Positions 25,819 through 38,200 of a stretch of 64,000 nucleotides of DNA are shown one piece after another. The first letter of the stretch is position 1, and each line of letters opens with the position of its first letter. The stretch is from contig NC_092676.1 of NCBI RefSeq assembly GCF_964355755.1, forward strand, positions 14,278,871 to 14,342,870, written 5' to 3'. The DNA is from Antedon mediterranea. Taxonomy: Eukaryota; Animalia; Echinodermata. Below the pieces are notes generated by a model. The model worked only from the letters and a program-made list of their open reading frames with translations, was not told the origin of the DNA and made no database searches. Position numbers and translations under genes: made by a program.

Positions 25819-26429
25819 ATTGATTTATTATAATAGATAAATAAAAAAGTAGCTGACAATAATAATAGTTGAAAATAACAATTAGTACCAGTAGAAAGCA
25901 GTATACAGTATATATTATTAGTAGTAAACCAGCGTCTCATGCATGCACGTGTGTTGTTTTAAAAGGCGGAAGTAGAATGTCTTCTGCCTGTGACGTCACG
26001 CTTATAAAGTACGAGGGCATATTAACGTTCCTAATTAAGAGGCGATTACGGCCATACCGTTAAAAGTAGGTCAATGCAAATTTCGGTCAAGATTTATAGA
26101 CATTAAGTCTACCCAAAAAATCATTAATATCTTAATTTAAAGGCTGTGGCACTAGCACTTTAATAGAGCTCTAACCACCCTAGCAGCAATATGGTATAGC
26201 GCCACGTACGTCGTGGGAGTGTTGATGATATGATGAAGAAGTGCGAGGAGAGGCACGCCAAATTCTTGTGCGAGGCATCATTTTATCATTTCCAAAAGTG
26301 TGAGGCACGCGGGGCAAAAGTTTACAATTTTAAAAAAGTGCAAGGCATGTCTTAACGTGCTATTGTACGAAGCCCCATAACAAAATTTCCGCCACTATTG
26401 TAACAACAACCCTTTTTCACCATTTCTCC

Positions 26430-26815
26430 CTAAAAATGGTAAAATGATTGAGTCTGGAACTGCCTTCCTTTACCGATGTGCACCTTGAACACCTCCAGAA
26501 AGATTTCGAACGCATTGAGTCGGATGCCTCTCATCCCCTCCACAAAGTGATCATAGACCAACTTAATCCAAGTGGTAGGTTGAGGCTCCTCAGTGTGAAA
26601 ACAAATCGATATGCCAAATCCTTTATTCCCTCCGGTATCATCCAGTAGGCCTACAACAGGAAGTCAAGAAGATAATTTTATCTTGTAATTTTTTTAGATG
26701 TTTTTATATGAATGGTTTTATGCTATATTTGTTTTTATTGTGTTTTCTTTGTTATTTTGACGAGCAATGAATTTCCTTTTTGAGGATCAATAAAAGTTAT
26801 CTTATCTTATCTTAC
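26430..26815 (+). mobile_element. 3' end of a Rex1/Babar-like LINE
   Basis: SHPLH...PSGRLR...KTNRYAKSFIP peptide, then AATAAA and a (TATCT)n tail. Confidence 0.6.
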
Positions 26816-28230
26816 TCCATCTATTAACATTCCTAGTGGTTTCTTCCTATTCCTAGGTAGCCTACTCTTTGTTCACTCTCCTATAACGAACCCCCTATAA
26901 CCCATATCCTTAATCAATTACTCTTTCCTCATCATCATCGATCATCCATCCAACCACCGTGCTAAGAGGAAGTCTTAACTTGGGACGTAGGAATCTCAAT
27001 GTTTATCATTCATTTATGAATCTCACCACATGATGTCAATTCCCGAAAGATTTAAAACATTTAAAATTTACAGATAGGCATCAGTATATTAAGTGCAGGA
27101 AGATTTTATAGTTATAGTGAGAAATGAAAGCATATACATAAGATGGTTTTGATTTATATGTGTGAAAAAAGCATTTTGTATTCATTTTGAATCCATCAAT
27201 GCTTTGAATTGATTAGTGGTTGAAATAAATGGGGGTAACATCACATGAAAGAGATCTTCTTGGGGCGTCCATTAGAATTTTCTTTTTCAATCTATAAATT
27301 ATTTTATATCTAGGCTTATCTATTATGTCTAATTTTTTTTGCATCTTTTGTATATATTATCTGATTAATGTTTACAAATCTAAATGTATATTTTAACGGA
27401 ACAAGATTGGGTGATCAGATCGTTCGATAGAGTTACCGGTAGTGTGGATCGTGTTCTTACTCTATACTTTCTTACAGTTTTCAAAATAATAGTTTATTGC
27501 TTTATTGGCTGGGACTTCCTTTTGTAATCTGAGGATGTGTCCGAATAGCCGCCATCTCGATTCCAAAATGTCCAAAATTATAAGGTTCAGAAATATCAAA
27601 ATTAGAAAAACAATTTATTATTATTATTACGATGATGAATGACTTATAATATAATAGAAAATAATAACAAAGCAATATAAAACCCGGTGAATTTCTGTAA
27701 ATCATATCTGTATACCGATATTTTTGTATAGGACAATTACTTTCTCTCATTCTAATCATTGAAACGTTGAACAAAAACTTCAAAACATGCATGTAGCAAT
27801 ATAATGCTACCATTACTTAGTAGTAGGCATACATTGATCAAGATACATAAGTTTGGTGTTAAACCACTTAACTGGTGCCGTGATGTTAAAGGTTGGGCAG
27901 AATACGTCGTGCCTTTAAAGATTAAAGGAATAGAAAAGTGTCCAAGATGTTATCACTATTCGTTTTGATTTCTAAAGTTGTGAAGATATCAGTATGACTG
28001 TGTAAGTGTTACCATTCAGTAAATCAAAAATAAGTTTTATGATGGTTTCTTTTTATTTAAAAATCCTAAATTGACGCATACTCTGTGATTCTTAATATTA
28101 TTTACAAAGTCCTAATTTTTGCCTCAACAAACGATGGTAGATGTGCCTACTTTTAAACCGTATACTGTAGCTTACACTCTTCTTGTAATTTTCGTTATAT
28201 TTACTACATATATTTTAAAATCACTTTAAT

Positions 28231-28266
28231 CAGGGAAGAGTGAAATTGTATTTTCACTCTTCCCTG
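28231..28266. mobile_element. 36-bp hairpin micro-transposon with 7-bp TSD
   Basis: CAGGGAAGAGTGAAA-TTGTAT-TTTCACTCTTCCCTG, flanked by CTTTAAT on both sides. Confidence 0.65.
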
Positions 28267-30804
28267 CTTTAATAATCAATATACGTTTTTTGGTTAACCT
28301 AACTTTCAAAGCAACACAAACATAAAAGAAAAACACTGTGTATCCACAAACTCTTTCCAGAGCCATACTTTTGGAGCAAGGGGGACACTGGAGATGTTTC
28401 ACACGGTTTCCAGCTGGTGGTCAATTATGTGGAAGATAGCTCTAACAGCTTGTGATGAATGGAAAGAAAGGTGAATGTTTCCAACATTGGAGGATTTTGC
28501 TTTCTCCTCATGCAGTTCTTGATAAATGTCAAGGATCATCGTCCTGTTTCAAGCGTCTCTTTGCGAAAACCACTCGATAAGCGTGATGCCGAGAGACCAG
28601 ATGTCAGAAGGTGACTTCTTCAGAATTAAAGCCCAAGGTGACCTTGAAGATTTTAACTTATGAAATCTGATGGAATGTAGATATGAATTCATATAAAAAT
28701 TAAGTATATCGGATGTTGTGATGTTATATGGCCAGTTGAAGTTAAAAAATAGTTTTTAAATTTCTTTAATCAAAGTTATACAAATTTCAAAGAGTGCGCA
28801 CCGCGCTTCTACGTGCCAAATGTTCTCTAAATTCTAATATTTATTTATTTATTTACAATCTCATTCAACAGCGGGAAACCCGCCACTTACAGAATGGAAA
28901 TACAAAAAAAAATTGTGTGCCCGTAATTTCACCTATGCTACATATAGGCCTAGCTACACCCGACCCAGCAGAGTAGATATTCAACTTCAACTTCTTGTTG
29001 GCTATGTAATACTGTATTATATAAGATTTGACAACCCCTTAGTCCCCCAGGGAATGATATTATGTTCTACAGAATTGCATTGCAAACATACTTTTCATTA
29101 ATCATTAGACTCTTTCAATCCCCATATTTAAGCAGCTTTTAAAACTTAGTCAAACACTTCCATTCTTTATAGTGAATTACAGGAAAACCCTGTAAACATT
29201 ACATCAAACGTTAAAACGTGTAATTTTATTCTTCATGATTTACTTTGTCATCTAGTTAGATGGTCACATAACTGAAAAAACCTGTATGTTATGTACTAGG
29301 CGCCAGTCTATGTACATGAAATTGCTGGTAAACCGAATATACTGTATTATGTGGGTTTGGCAAGATATTGATATTATTAAAATGTCCGTATCTGCTGTAT
29401 GGCCTACCATAATATATTTTTTAGTTTCACTAAAACAAAATTCCAGGCAGTGTAATTATTATTTGTCTGAAGATCAAGTCTCAAGTCTACAGAATAACGT
29501 GCAACAATGTCAATTAAACAATTTATTTCACAGCATTGATTTGAAGTAAATTTTTTAATTGAAAAAAGAAATGTTGTACTAATTTTGGCCTTTAATTTGT
29601 TCAGAAATATAATTATGGAATTATGTGTTCAGAAATAGAAATCACATCCTTAATTACTACCAGCAAAAACAAATTAGGTCGGTTTCATCCACTTTTTGAC
29701 ACAAAATGTTTGTTATAATGAATATAAAAATATATATTATGACCATTTTAAGTCAAATGTTATTTTTTTCGAGATAGAAGGAGGTCAGGGTCAAAGGTCA
29801 ATGAAGCCATTTCTGACCACATAATATTGATAAATGTTTCATTAGAATACAAATATTTCAGTTCACTATTGGACAAAAAAGTTCATTAGAATAGATCAAA
29901 AATAAATATATAGGTCCTGATCAATTTGCATTAAACTTTTTCTCTTCAAGATTATTACCGGTAGTTACAGAGATACACGACAAGGTCAAAGGTCACAATG
30001 CCAGAAATGGTAGTTGCAGCCATTTTTGGACAAAAGGTTGTATTAGAGAGTAAATATAAATATATATGTTGTGAATTATTTGACACTAAAATGAAACCTG
30101 TAACACCAGCTATTACGAAGATTATAAGCTATTTGAATATTTTGCCGCAATCTTTTAAAGGCACATAAAGACCCCCACAGGGTTACAGATTGGGAAACAA
30201 CTTTTTTATGGTTTATTTTGACCCACTAACGATATTTAGACAAGTTGCCAACTTTCATCACAAATTGCACACTATTTTATGACATCTTTTAACCAGACGC
30301 TTTAGTGGTAAATTTAACTTGGGTATATTTTTCTTTCCAGAAACAAGTTAAAATTAAATCAAACTTTTTAATCGTCGCTACACGTCAAAACATCATTTAT
30401 CACCAGAGGGCGGAATGTACGTATGGCACGCCACAGAACATTTGAACAACAGCAGATCAAACCTCACGCCAGGGCCTTTGAAACATGAAAAAAACATAAT
30501 TTTATAAAGCATAGAAATGGGTTTTATTTTAGGGTATTATTTATTGAGCATTTGTGGGGCTCCATAGACCCAAAAATACTTCAAATTTAGTTAGAAGCAT
30601 AAAACTTGGTATGGCAACTTGTATCAAAATTCGCAACTTTTAAGATTTGAGGCCACTTAAAATTTGACCTTTTATGAAAATAAGGGCAATTTATGCAGAA
30701 GTACTTTCTATTCATGTTTAACAGAAACATATGCATTTAACTCAATAGTTGTTGAAAAATAATAGACCTACTACACGGTATATGACATTTAGTGTCACTC
30801 ATTA

Positions 30805-31117
30805 GAGTGAGTGGCCGAGCGGTTAAGACAGTGGAACTGTAATTACATAGCAATAACATCGGCAGGGGTTCGAGGCTCACTCGCTCCATGGTTCTGGTGG
30901 TATAACGAGTCTTCTCGGATAAGGACTATAAACCGTAGGTCCAGTGTACACATCTAGCTTGTGTGCACTTTAAAGAACCTAGTACATCTTTCGAGACGAG
31001 TAGGGGGTTACCCCGGTGTATTAGTACATCACAGCCACTGATCACCAACTGGGCCCTCTGGGAGACCAGTCTTTGACTGAAGAGGCTACCCAGTATAAAT
31101 ATATATTTTAATCAATC
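30805..31117 (+). mobile_element. tRNA-headed Deu/Nin-domain SINE
   Basis: A box TGGCCGAGCGG, B box GGTTCGAGGC and central TCGGATAAGGACTATAAACCGTAGGTCC...TAAAGAACC...GAGTAGGGGGTTACCCCGGTG; a deleted copy lies at ~33878-34015. Confidence 0.75.
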
Positions 31118-32294
31118 AGTATTGTTGTTAATATGTGAAAGAAATAAGATGTTTGACACTAGATTTAATCTATTCTCCAAAAATCCGCGATCATATGAAA
31201 ACATACCACCAACTAAAGAAGCCCTGAACAACCTGTTAAACCTTATTTACCTGGTTAAACGATCTACCTATCTTCAAGCTGGTTGTATTTGGGCCAATGT
31301 TCTAATCAATTGCCTAAACAATTTAAACAATAAATGGGTCATATATTCTGTTCTGATTATTCACTAATACAGTAGAGCTCCTCCCACACCACACATATTT
31401 TTGTGGGGGATGGGTCCCCTTATTTCAATTCAAAACACCATGTTTTATACAGTATGTATTTTCTGTAAAATTAATTACGCATGCAATTTCTAGCAATCTG
31501 GAGGCGTAGTTTTCTTAAATTTTTAAAAACAAATATTATTATTGGGTGAATTTACCAAGGTTGGCATTGTAAATCAATTTTAAATCTTTTGTATAGCAAC
31601 AATTAATCCTATAGATAGTGCAGAGTTTAACATTGTAAGAATGTAAATCTTATCTTGGCATGTAACTTTGTAAGCTGCAGTGGGTGTAATAAAAGGGAAC
31701 CTGGTCTACTTGACAAGGAGCTAATTTGAATCCTGAATCCGGTATCATTAAATGAGTGAATTTTCCAGGTATATTTTCCAAAAGTTCGTCGAAGAAGAAA
31801 CAATCCCTAAACACAATAACACTATTAGTTAACACGAATCATTACAGTAAACATTCTGAAGATAGTCCGGTCCGGTACAGAGATTTTAATTGACTAAAAG
31901 AGTTTTTTTACAAAGTCCCAACCATGGTGAGGCTGAGGTAGTATTGTCTCTCCCACCAAGTCCATCAATCCCAAAACACAGTAACTAAGTTAATGATTAA
32001 GGTGTACGATTGTTTTGGAATTGGTTAGCAAAACTACATTTTGGGGGTGTAGTATTTATCATGTTGTAACAATGGAGAACTTATCAATAGTAGTACATTG
32101 ACGACCATGACTTAGCTTCCTTCTACTTTTTCCCTAGACTAGTTTGACACAAACTACAAAAAAGATAATTACAAAATAGAATTTCATATTAATGCATCTT
32201 TTATTTACAAATGAATCATTTGGAATTTTCCATTAAAGTGCATTATGGCTAAACCCACTGACTGCTGATGTTAACCAATTCTCCCTGCCATCAG

Positions 32295-35200
32295 TTATTT
32301 CTAAAAAAGAAAAGAAATTAGTCTTCAAAATTTGTTGGAATTTCTTGGAAATATTTGTTTTAAATAATGAAATTTTAAACAGCAGTAAATTGCAGGTTTA
32401 TATTTAAATTATAGCATGATAATAATTATGCAGAAATTACCTCTGGAATATCAACTTCCCCACTGTTAATGGCTTCAATGATATCATGAGGTGCTTGACC
32501 ATCAACAGTACAGCCTACAGATTGTGCAGTTCCTAGAATTTCTTTCACAGTTCCACTCATTTCCTTGGCCATAGAACGTTCTCTCATGATTCTGGCAATA
32601 TCAATCACCTGCTCAAGAGTAATGTTACCACTGTGTTGAACTGTAAACAATCATTAAATTTTAATTTGTAAGTTGTGTCAAACAAGCCTAAAGATATATT
32701 TTTCCCCTGAAAAAAAAGTTGCATAATAGTTGACATTTTTAGTGCAATTTGCCAATCGTTGTGTATAAACATACTGTGAAGCCCAAAATTTTCATGCACT
32801 CTTTATTTTCGCAACTTTTGCAATTGAACAACGATCACGAAAATAAAGGGCATGCGAAAATCGTGAAATGAATAATAAAGTTGTATTGGTTATCCGCACT
32901 TGGCGGATAACCCCTTGTTATTGTCAGGATCTTTTTTTTTTTCTTCTATGATTGTTATTCTTCTTTCTTTCCCAGAATTTTGTTCGCAGCATATCTCTAA
33001 TTCTGGTCAACATAAGATTACATAACTTTATCATAAGATTGACCTGTAGCTGTAGATTTGCAAGAAATTTCGTTATATGATGTTAGAGTCGCGTAGCGAT
33101 TTTATGAACTTCAATGATTGGTCATAGATTATAAACCAAAAATATCATCATAGCATGTTAAGATATGCCCTGCATAAGTATTTGGCATGCCTCACATATC
33201 TCGCTGCTTTTCAATTTGTCGACACTCTTTTCCCACAGTGACAGTAGTAGGTTTTGTAGGCTACTGTACTGCTGTAGTTTAGGTGTTAACTTTGTTTAGA
33301 CTTTTTATTTTACTATAATTAAACATAGGTATTGTAATTGATAACCAGGAGATTGTAAAAGTATTATTTAATAACTTACTGTTCTTCACTTTCTTTCTAT
33401 CACGTGGTGGTTCTTTAAGAGCTTTGATGATAAGTGAAGAGGCACTTGGTACAACGCTCACTTTAGCTTGACGATTCTGGATAGTAAGTTGAACTGTAAT
33501 CTTTAGGCCTTTCCATTCTTGAGTGGCTTTAGCAATGTCATCACCGACTTTTTTTGGTGACTATAATTTTAAAAAATGAAAATTTGTTTTGACATAACTG
33601 AAAAAAAGGGCCATTTCTGCTGTTAAAACAGTAATTAATCTCGAAAATAGCATTTTCTTAGCTTGCAGTGTTCTCACTATGTTCTTTCATGAATTGATGA
33701 TATAACCAACATTTTTTATTGACACTTGGTAAAAGTTTTATTCATATCAAGGACCAACTTTTTGTGAATTATAATTGGTATGATTTAAACAATGTTACAG
33801 GTGCACACACATTTAAAATTAAAAAATGTGCAAAATTAATTTCTAACTAGCTACACGACACGATTCATCATTCGTTTGTAGTGAGCGAGCTGTTAAGACA
33901 GTGGAACCGTAATTACGTCGTCATAACACCGGCAAGGGTTCGAGGCTCACTCGGATAAGGACTATAAACCGTAGGTCCAGTTTACACATCTTTCGAGACA
34001 AGTAGGGGGGTTTACTTCACATCATCATGAATTAGACAATTTGCATGTATTTTATTTGAAAAAGATACAAAATATTGTCAATGTTGGATGTTGTGATGTC
34101 ATCTTGAGACCACTTGGAGAATCATCTTTTGCGTCATATTTTATCACATTAAAAGAGCGCACATGAAGGGATGTCACCACGGTGGTTGGCGATAGATGGC
34201 CCCTTCCACCACTTGGAATTTCCGACCACCATTTCCATGACGCCGACCATCACTATATTTATGCATGAAGATCGTAGCCTATTGTTCGGAACTTACTACT
34301 ACGATACTACGATACGATGTATTGTTATTATAATTATCAATGCATTGATCGTAGGGTGGTTCGTAGGGTTAATAAACAACTTTGTCATCGCCTTTAGAAA
34401 ACGCATGGACAATGCAAATTAACAATGTACTGGTTACTAATTAAAATCGGCGCCGCCTAAAAATCCTACCTAAGGCTAGGCCTAGTAGGAGACGACACAT
34501 TTTGGTGGTAAGCCTAATTTAGCTGGACGAGACAATATCGTGCGACGAATCGACATCAGAGTTGAGTCTAGTTTCGGCTTACGCTAAATTATTTAACCCT
34601 ACCTTGGCTAACTTTCACCAAAAATTTTTCAACAAAAAAAATCATTTAACTGAAATACTGACGTTTTTTAAAACTTTGACTTCCTTCCAGTCAAAGTTTT
34701 CGATCAAAACATATCTGATAATGCAACGCGCTTGTTTGGCTACTCTGTATGCATAATCATAAAACTTCATCGCAATCTGTGTGAAAACACCTTCTCAACC
34801 GTGACGAGTTGCAAAAACAATCCTAATTAGCATCATGCATACTCGTGATTTTCCAGACTAAATGTAATCAAATTAATTTACCTGTTAATTACGTTAAAAT
34901 TTTAACACAACACAGGGCATCATTTAGAAGGAGTGCCTGCGCGACCGCGCTCCTCAACAGGCTTCGAGGAGAGCAATTTATTATCGCGCTCCTTAATTTT
35001 CAAAATAGAGCCTAGCTTTTGACAGTGTTGATTTTTCTGTCAAGAGGCCTAAAAACACGTGGATTTTTAAAAGTTAAAACCAATCTAGGCCTAGGCTAAT
35101 AATATATAAGCTAAGTTATAAAGCTACAAGCCTAATGGCAGTCCCTTGTTTTTAAGGATCGCGAGCGCGATCAACAACCTTCGAAAAAGAGAGCAATTCA

Positions 35201-38200
35201 TCGCGCTCCATCTCACAGTGCGAGGTACCAACAAAGGGGATTCCCCTGCCTGCGCGCATTCAAGGGCGAGTTTACTTCATCGCCTCATAGTGCAACCAGT
35301 ACGGTGTCATAGAAACACCTCCTTTACAGGAAAAAAATGTATACACAAAATTAATAAGGGCCAGCCATTTTTAATAAGGGCGACCATCCTTCAACTTCAA
35401 CATAAATATTTGAGGAGAGCGATTTAAAATTTTTGCAAGGAGAGCGAATTGCTCTCCTTGGTGATTTGAGGAGAGCGATTTGTTGCTCTCCTGGGTTTTG
35501 CATACGTGATGCCTGACAACACACAGTAATTAACACTAATATTATACATTTATTATTACTTCACAGTAATTAACTCACATTTTAAATTTGATGAAAACTA
35601 GTATTCAAATTTGTTAACTAATTCCATGTGTGGTGCATGCCTAGGCTCGCACTGGCCGATCGCCATGTCGCCTTGGGCGAAAACGTTTCCAGATTGGCGA
35701 AAAATAAAACGGCTACTTTAGCCATTTTGGCGATGTCATATGATAAAATAGATAATCAAATAATCATTTTGGCGAAAGCATAAAGTCCAACTAAAAGGTC
35801 CATTTCTCGATCTCCAAGGATTTATTTTGTTCGTTATCACGTTGTTTATTTCGGATTCCGTTTACTTCAAGCTCCATTTTTCGTCAACTTGTTTCGTTGT
35901 ACCAGGCGTCTCTTTGTTATTTCAATATGATGGAGATAGCAGAGGTAGACTGCATAGAGAGACAGACGTTACACAACACATGGATGATGAAGTCTACCCA
36001 AACTATCACGTGTTGTGCGCTGCACAAACGACTACGATACAGCCGACGGTCGGCTAATTACCGGGATTGTCTATTTTTCGATAGGGGTGTACTTTTCCGA
36101 TTAAAAAGAAACATTATAGTATCTTCGATGAATGAAATCTTAATCTTATCGAAATCAACAATTTATGCGTTATGCATTTTAGACAATTCCAATTTAATGT
36201 AGTTTCATATTTTACTCGTAATAAACTTCCCTCGTGCGTCAGTAGAGTAAACAAAACAACATGCGGGAAATGGTAGAGTCTAACGGGGATTTAGCTAAAC
36301 ACACACGTGCATTTTTACAGCTGAGCGGGGCCGGCCGCCGGCTTCTGTGTTGTTGTGTAAATAAATAATCGGGACCAGGGCATCATTTATAAGGAGCGCC
36401 TGCGCGACCGCGCTCCTCCGCGCTCCTCAACAGGCTTCGAGGAGAGCAATTTATCGCGCTCCTTAATTTTCAAAATAGAGCCTAGCTTTTGACAGTGTTG
36501 ATTTTTCTGTCAAGAGGCCTAAAAACACGTGGATTTTTAAAAGTTAAAACCAATCTAGTAGGCCTAGGCTAATAATATATAAGCTAAGTTATAAAGCTAC
36601 AAGCCTAATGGCAGTCCCTCGTTTTTAAGGATCGCGAGCGCGATCGCAATCAACAACCTTCGAAAAGGAGAGCAATTCATCGCGCTCCATCTCACAGTGC
36701 GAGGTACCAACAAAGGGGATTCCCCTGCCTGCGCGCATTCAACAAGGGCGAGTTTACTTCATCGCCTCATAGTGCAACCAGTACGGTGTCATAGAAACAC
36801 CTCCTTTATCCCCTGTTGGGCAAAAAAATGTGTACAAAAAATTAATAAGGGCCAGCCATTTTTAATAAGGGCGACCATCCTTCAACTTCAACATAAATAT
36901 TTGAGGAGAGCGATTTAAAATTTTTGCAAGGAGAGCGAATTGCTCTCCTCGGTGATTTGAGGAGAGCGATTTGTTGCTCTCCTGGGTTTTGCATACGTGA
37001 TGCCCTGCGGGACGGTATAAATTTCTTCGGCGCAGCCTTGAGGGATGGAAAAACGTGTACTCTGTGCTTTGGCCTATATTATCTTAGGTTCAACAACGAT
37101 ACGAGGGAATTTTCCTCAATATTTTTAGCACACGACTTACCGTCGTACATAATTTTGTAGGCCTAGGCCGGCAGTAGTGCACTTTTGCACCTCTTGAGCA
37201 TACCCAATTTAAAAACATTAACCCGCTGCGCGGCAGTGACGCTGAGTGACCGTGAAGTCTAGGACACAATTTTCGCCTGGTTACGCGATGGAAGCCATCA
37301 CACAAACATGACCAGCCAAGCGTAAAAAAACAAAAGTAACATAGCGTTCAGGGGATTTCATAAAACTGTAAAATGTTTCTTATTAAATTGATAACTGTAT
37401 GAATGCTGTACGATTAAAAACAATTTGAACAATTGTTTTGATCATATATAAAGCAAATACAAACATTTTTTTTGTAATCATACAGTGATTTAGGGATGGT
37501 TCTCCATCTCAATGCCTTACAAAAACGATCAGGGAACAGTGTATAGACATGTTGACATAGATAAATTGACTAAAATGTTTTTACCATTATATTTCACCAA
37601 TTTTAAATTTTTGGCTAAAAACCGATTCATTTGGCTAAATAAAAAATTTGACTTTAGCCATTTTGGCTATAGATAAACTGATTTGACTAAAAAAAATATT
37701 TTGACTTTTGACCCCAGCATGCAGCACAGTACACAATCTGAACATTGGGATTTCCCCTCTTAGCTATCGCTTCGTAGGCTACGCGTAGCATGTTAGCTTG
37801 CATAGATTACCACACGAAACCTACGAAGATGCCACACGTACAAAACGTAGTATATCCATCCAAATGTTGCAGTATTTATTATCTGTACTGTACACAAAAT
37901 AAATATATTCTTTATTCTTCAATTTTAATTTCATTTCCACAAAATAGGCCTATTCGCAGTTAACCTTAATTGAACAAAAAACAAAGTTCACGACAGTGGC
38001 CAGAGTATCCACACCATACAGAGAAACTATCTTATTAGGTCTCTTAGCCAGGGTAGTAGTACTGTAGGGCTAGGCCTAACTATTCCGATTATGTTGTTAT
38101 TAGTTGGCCGTCGGAATTGTAATATTTTATGCCATTGGGTGTTTGGGAACCTAGACAAACCGGACGGTAGGGATGTACACACACCCCTCTGATAAGAAAT

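Larger units (their letters stand above)
21424..26159. mobile_element. Kolobok DNA transposon, apparently intact
   Basis: TTAA at 21420-21423 and 26160-26163; perfect 15-bp TIR AGTGCTAGTGCCACA; two convergent genes (KolX and THAP-DDE transposase). Confidence 0.93.
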
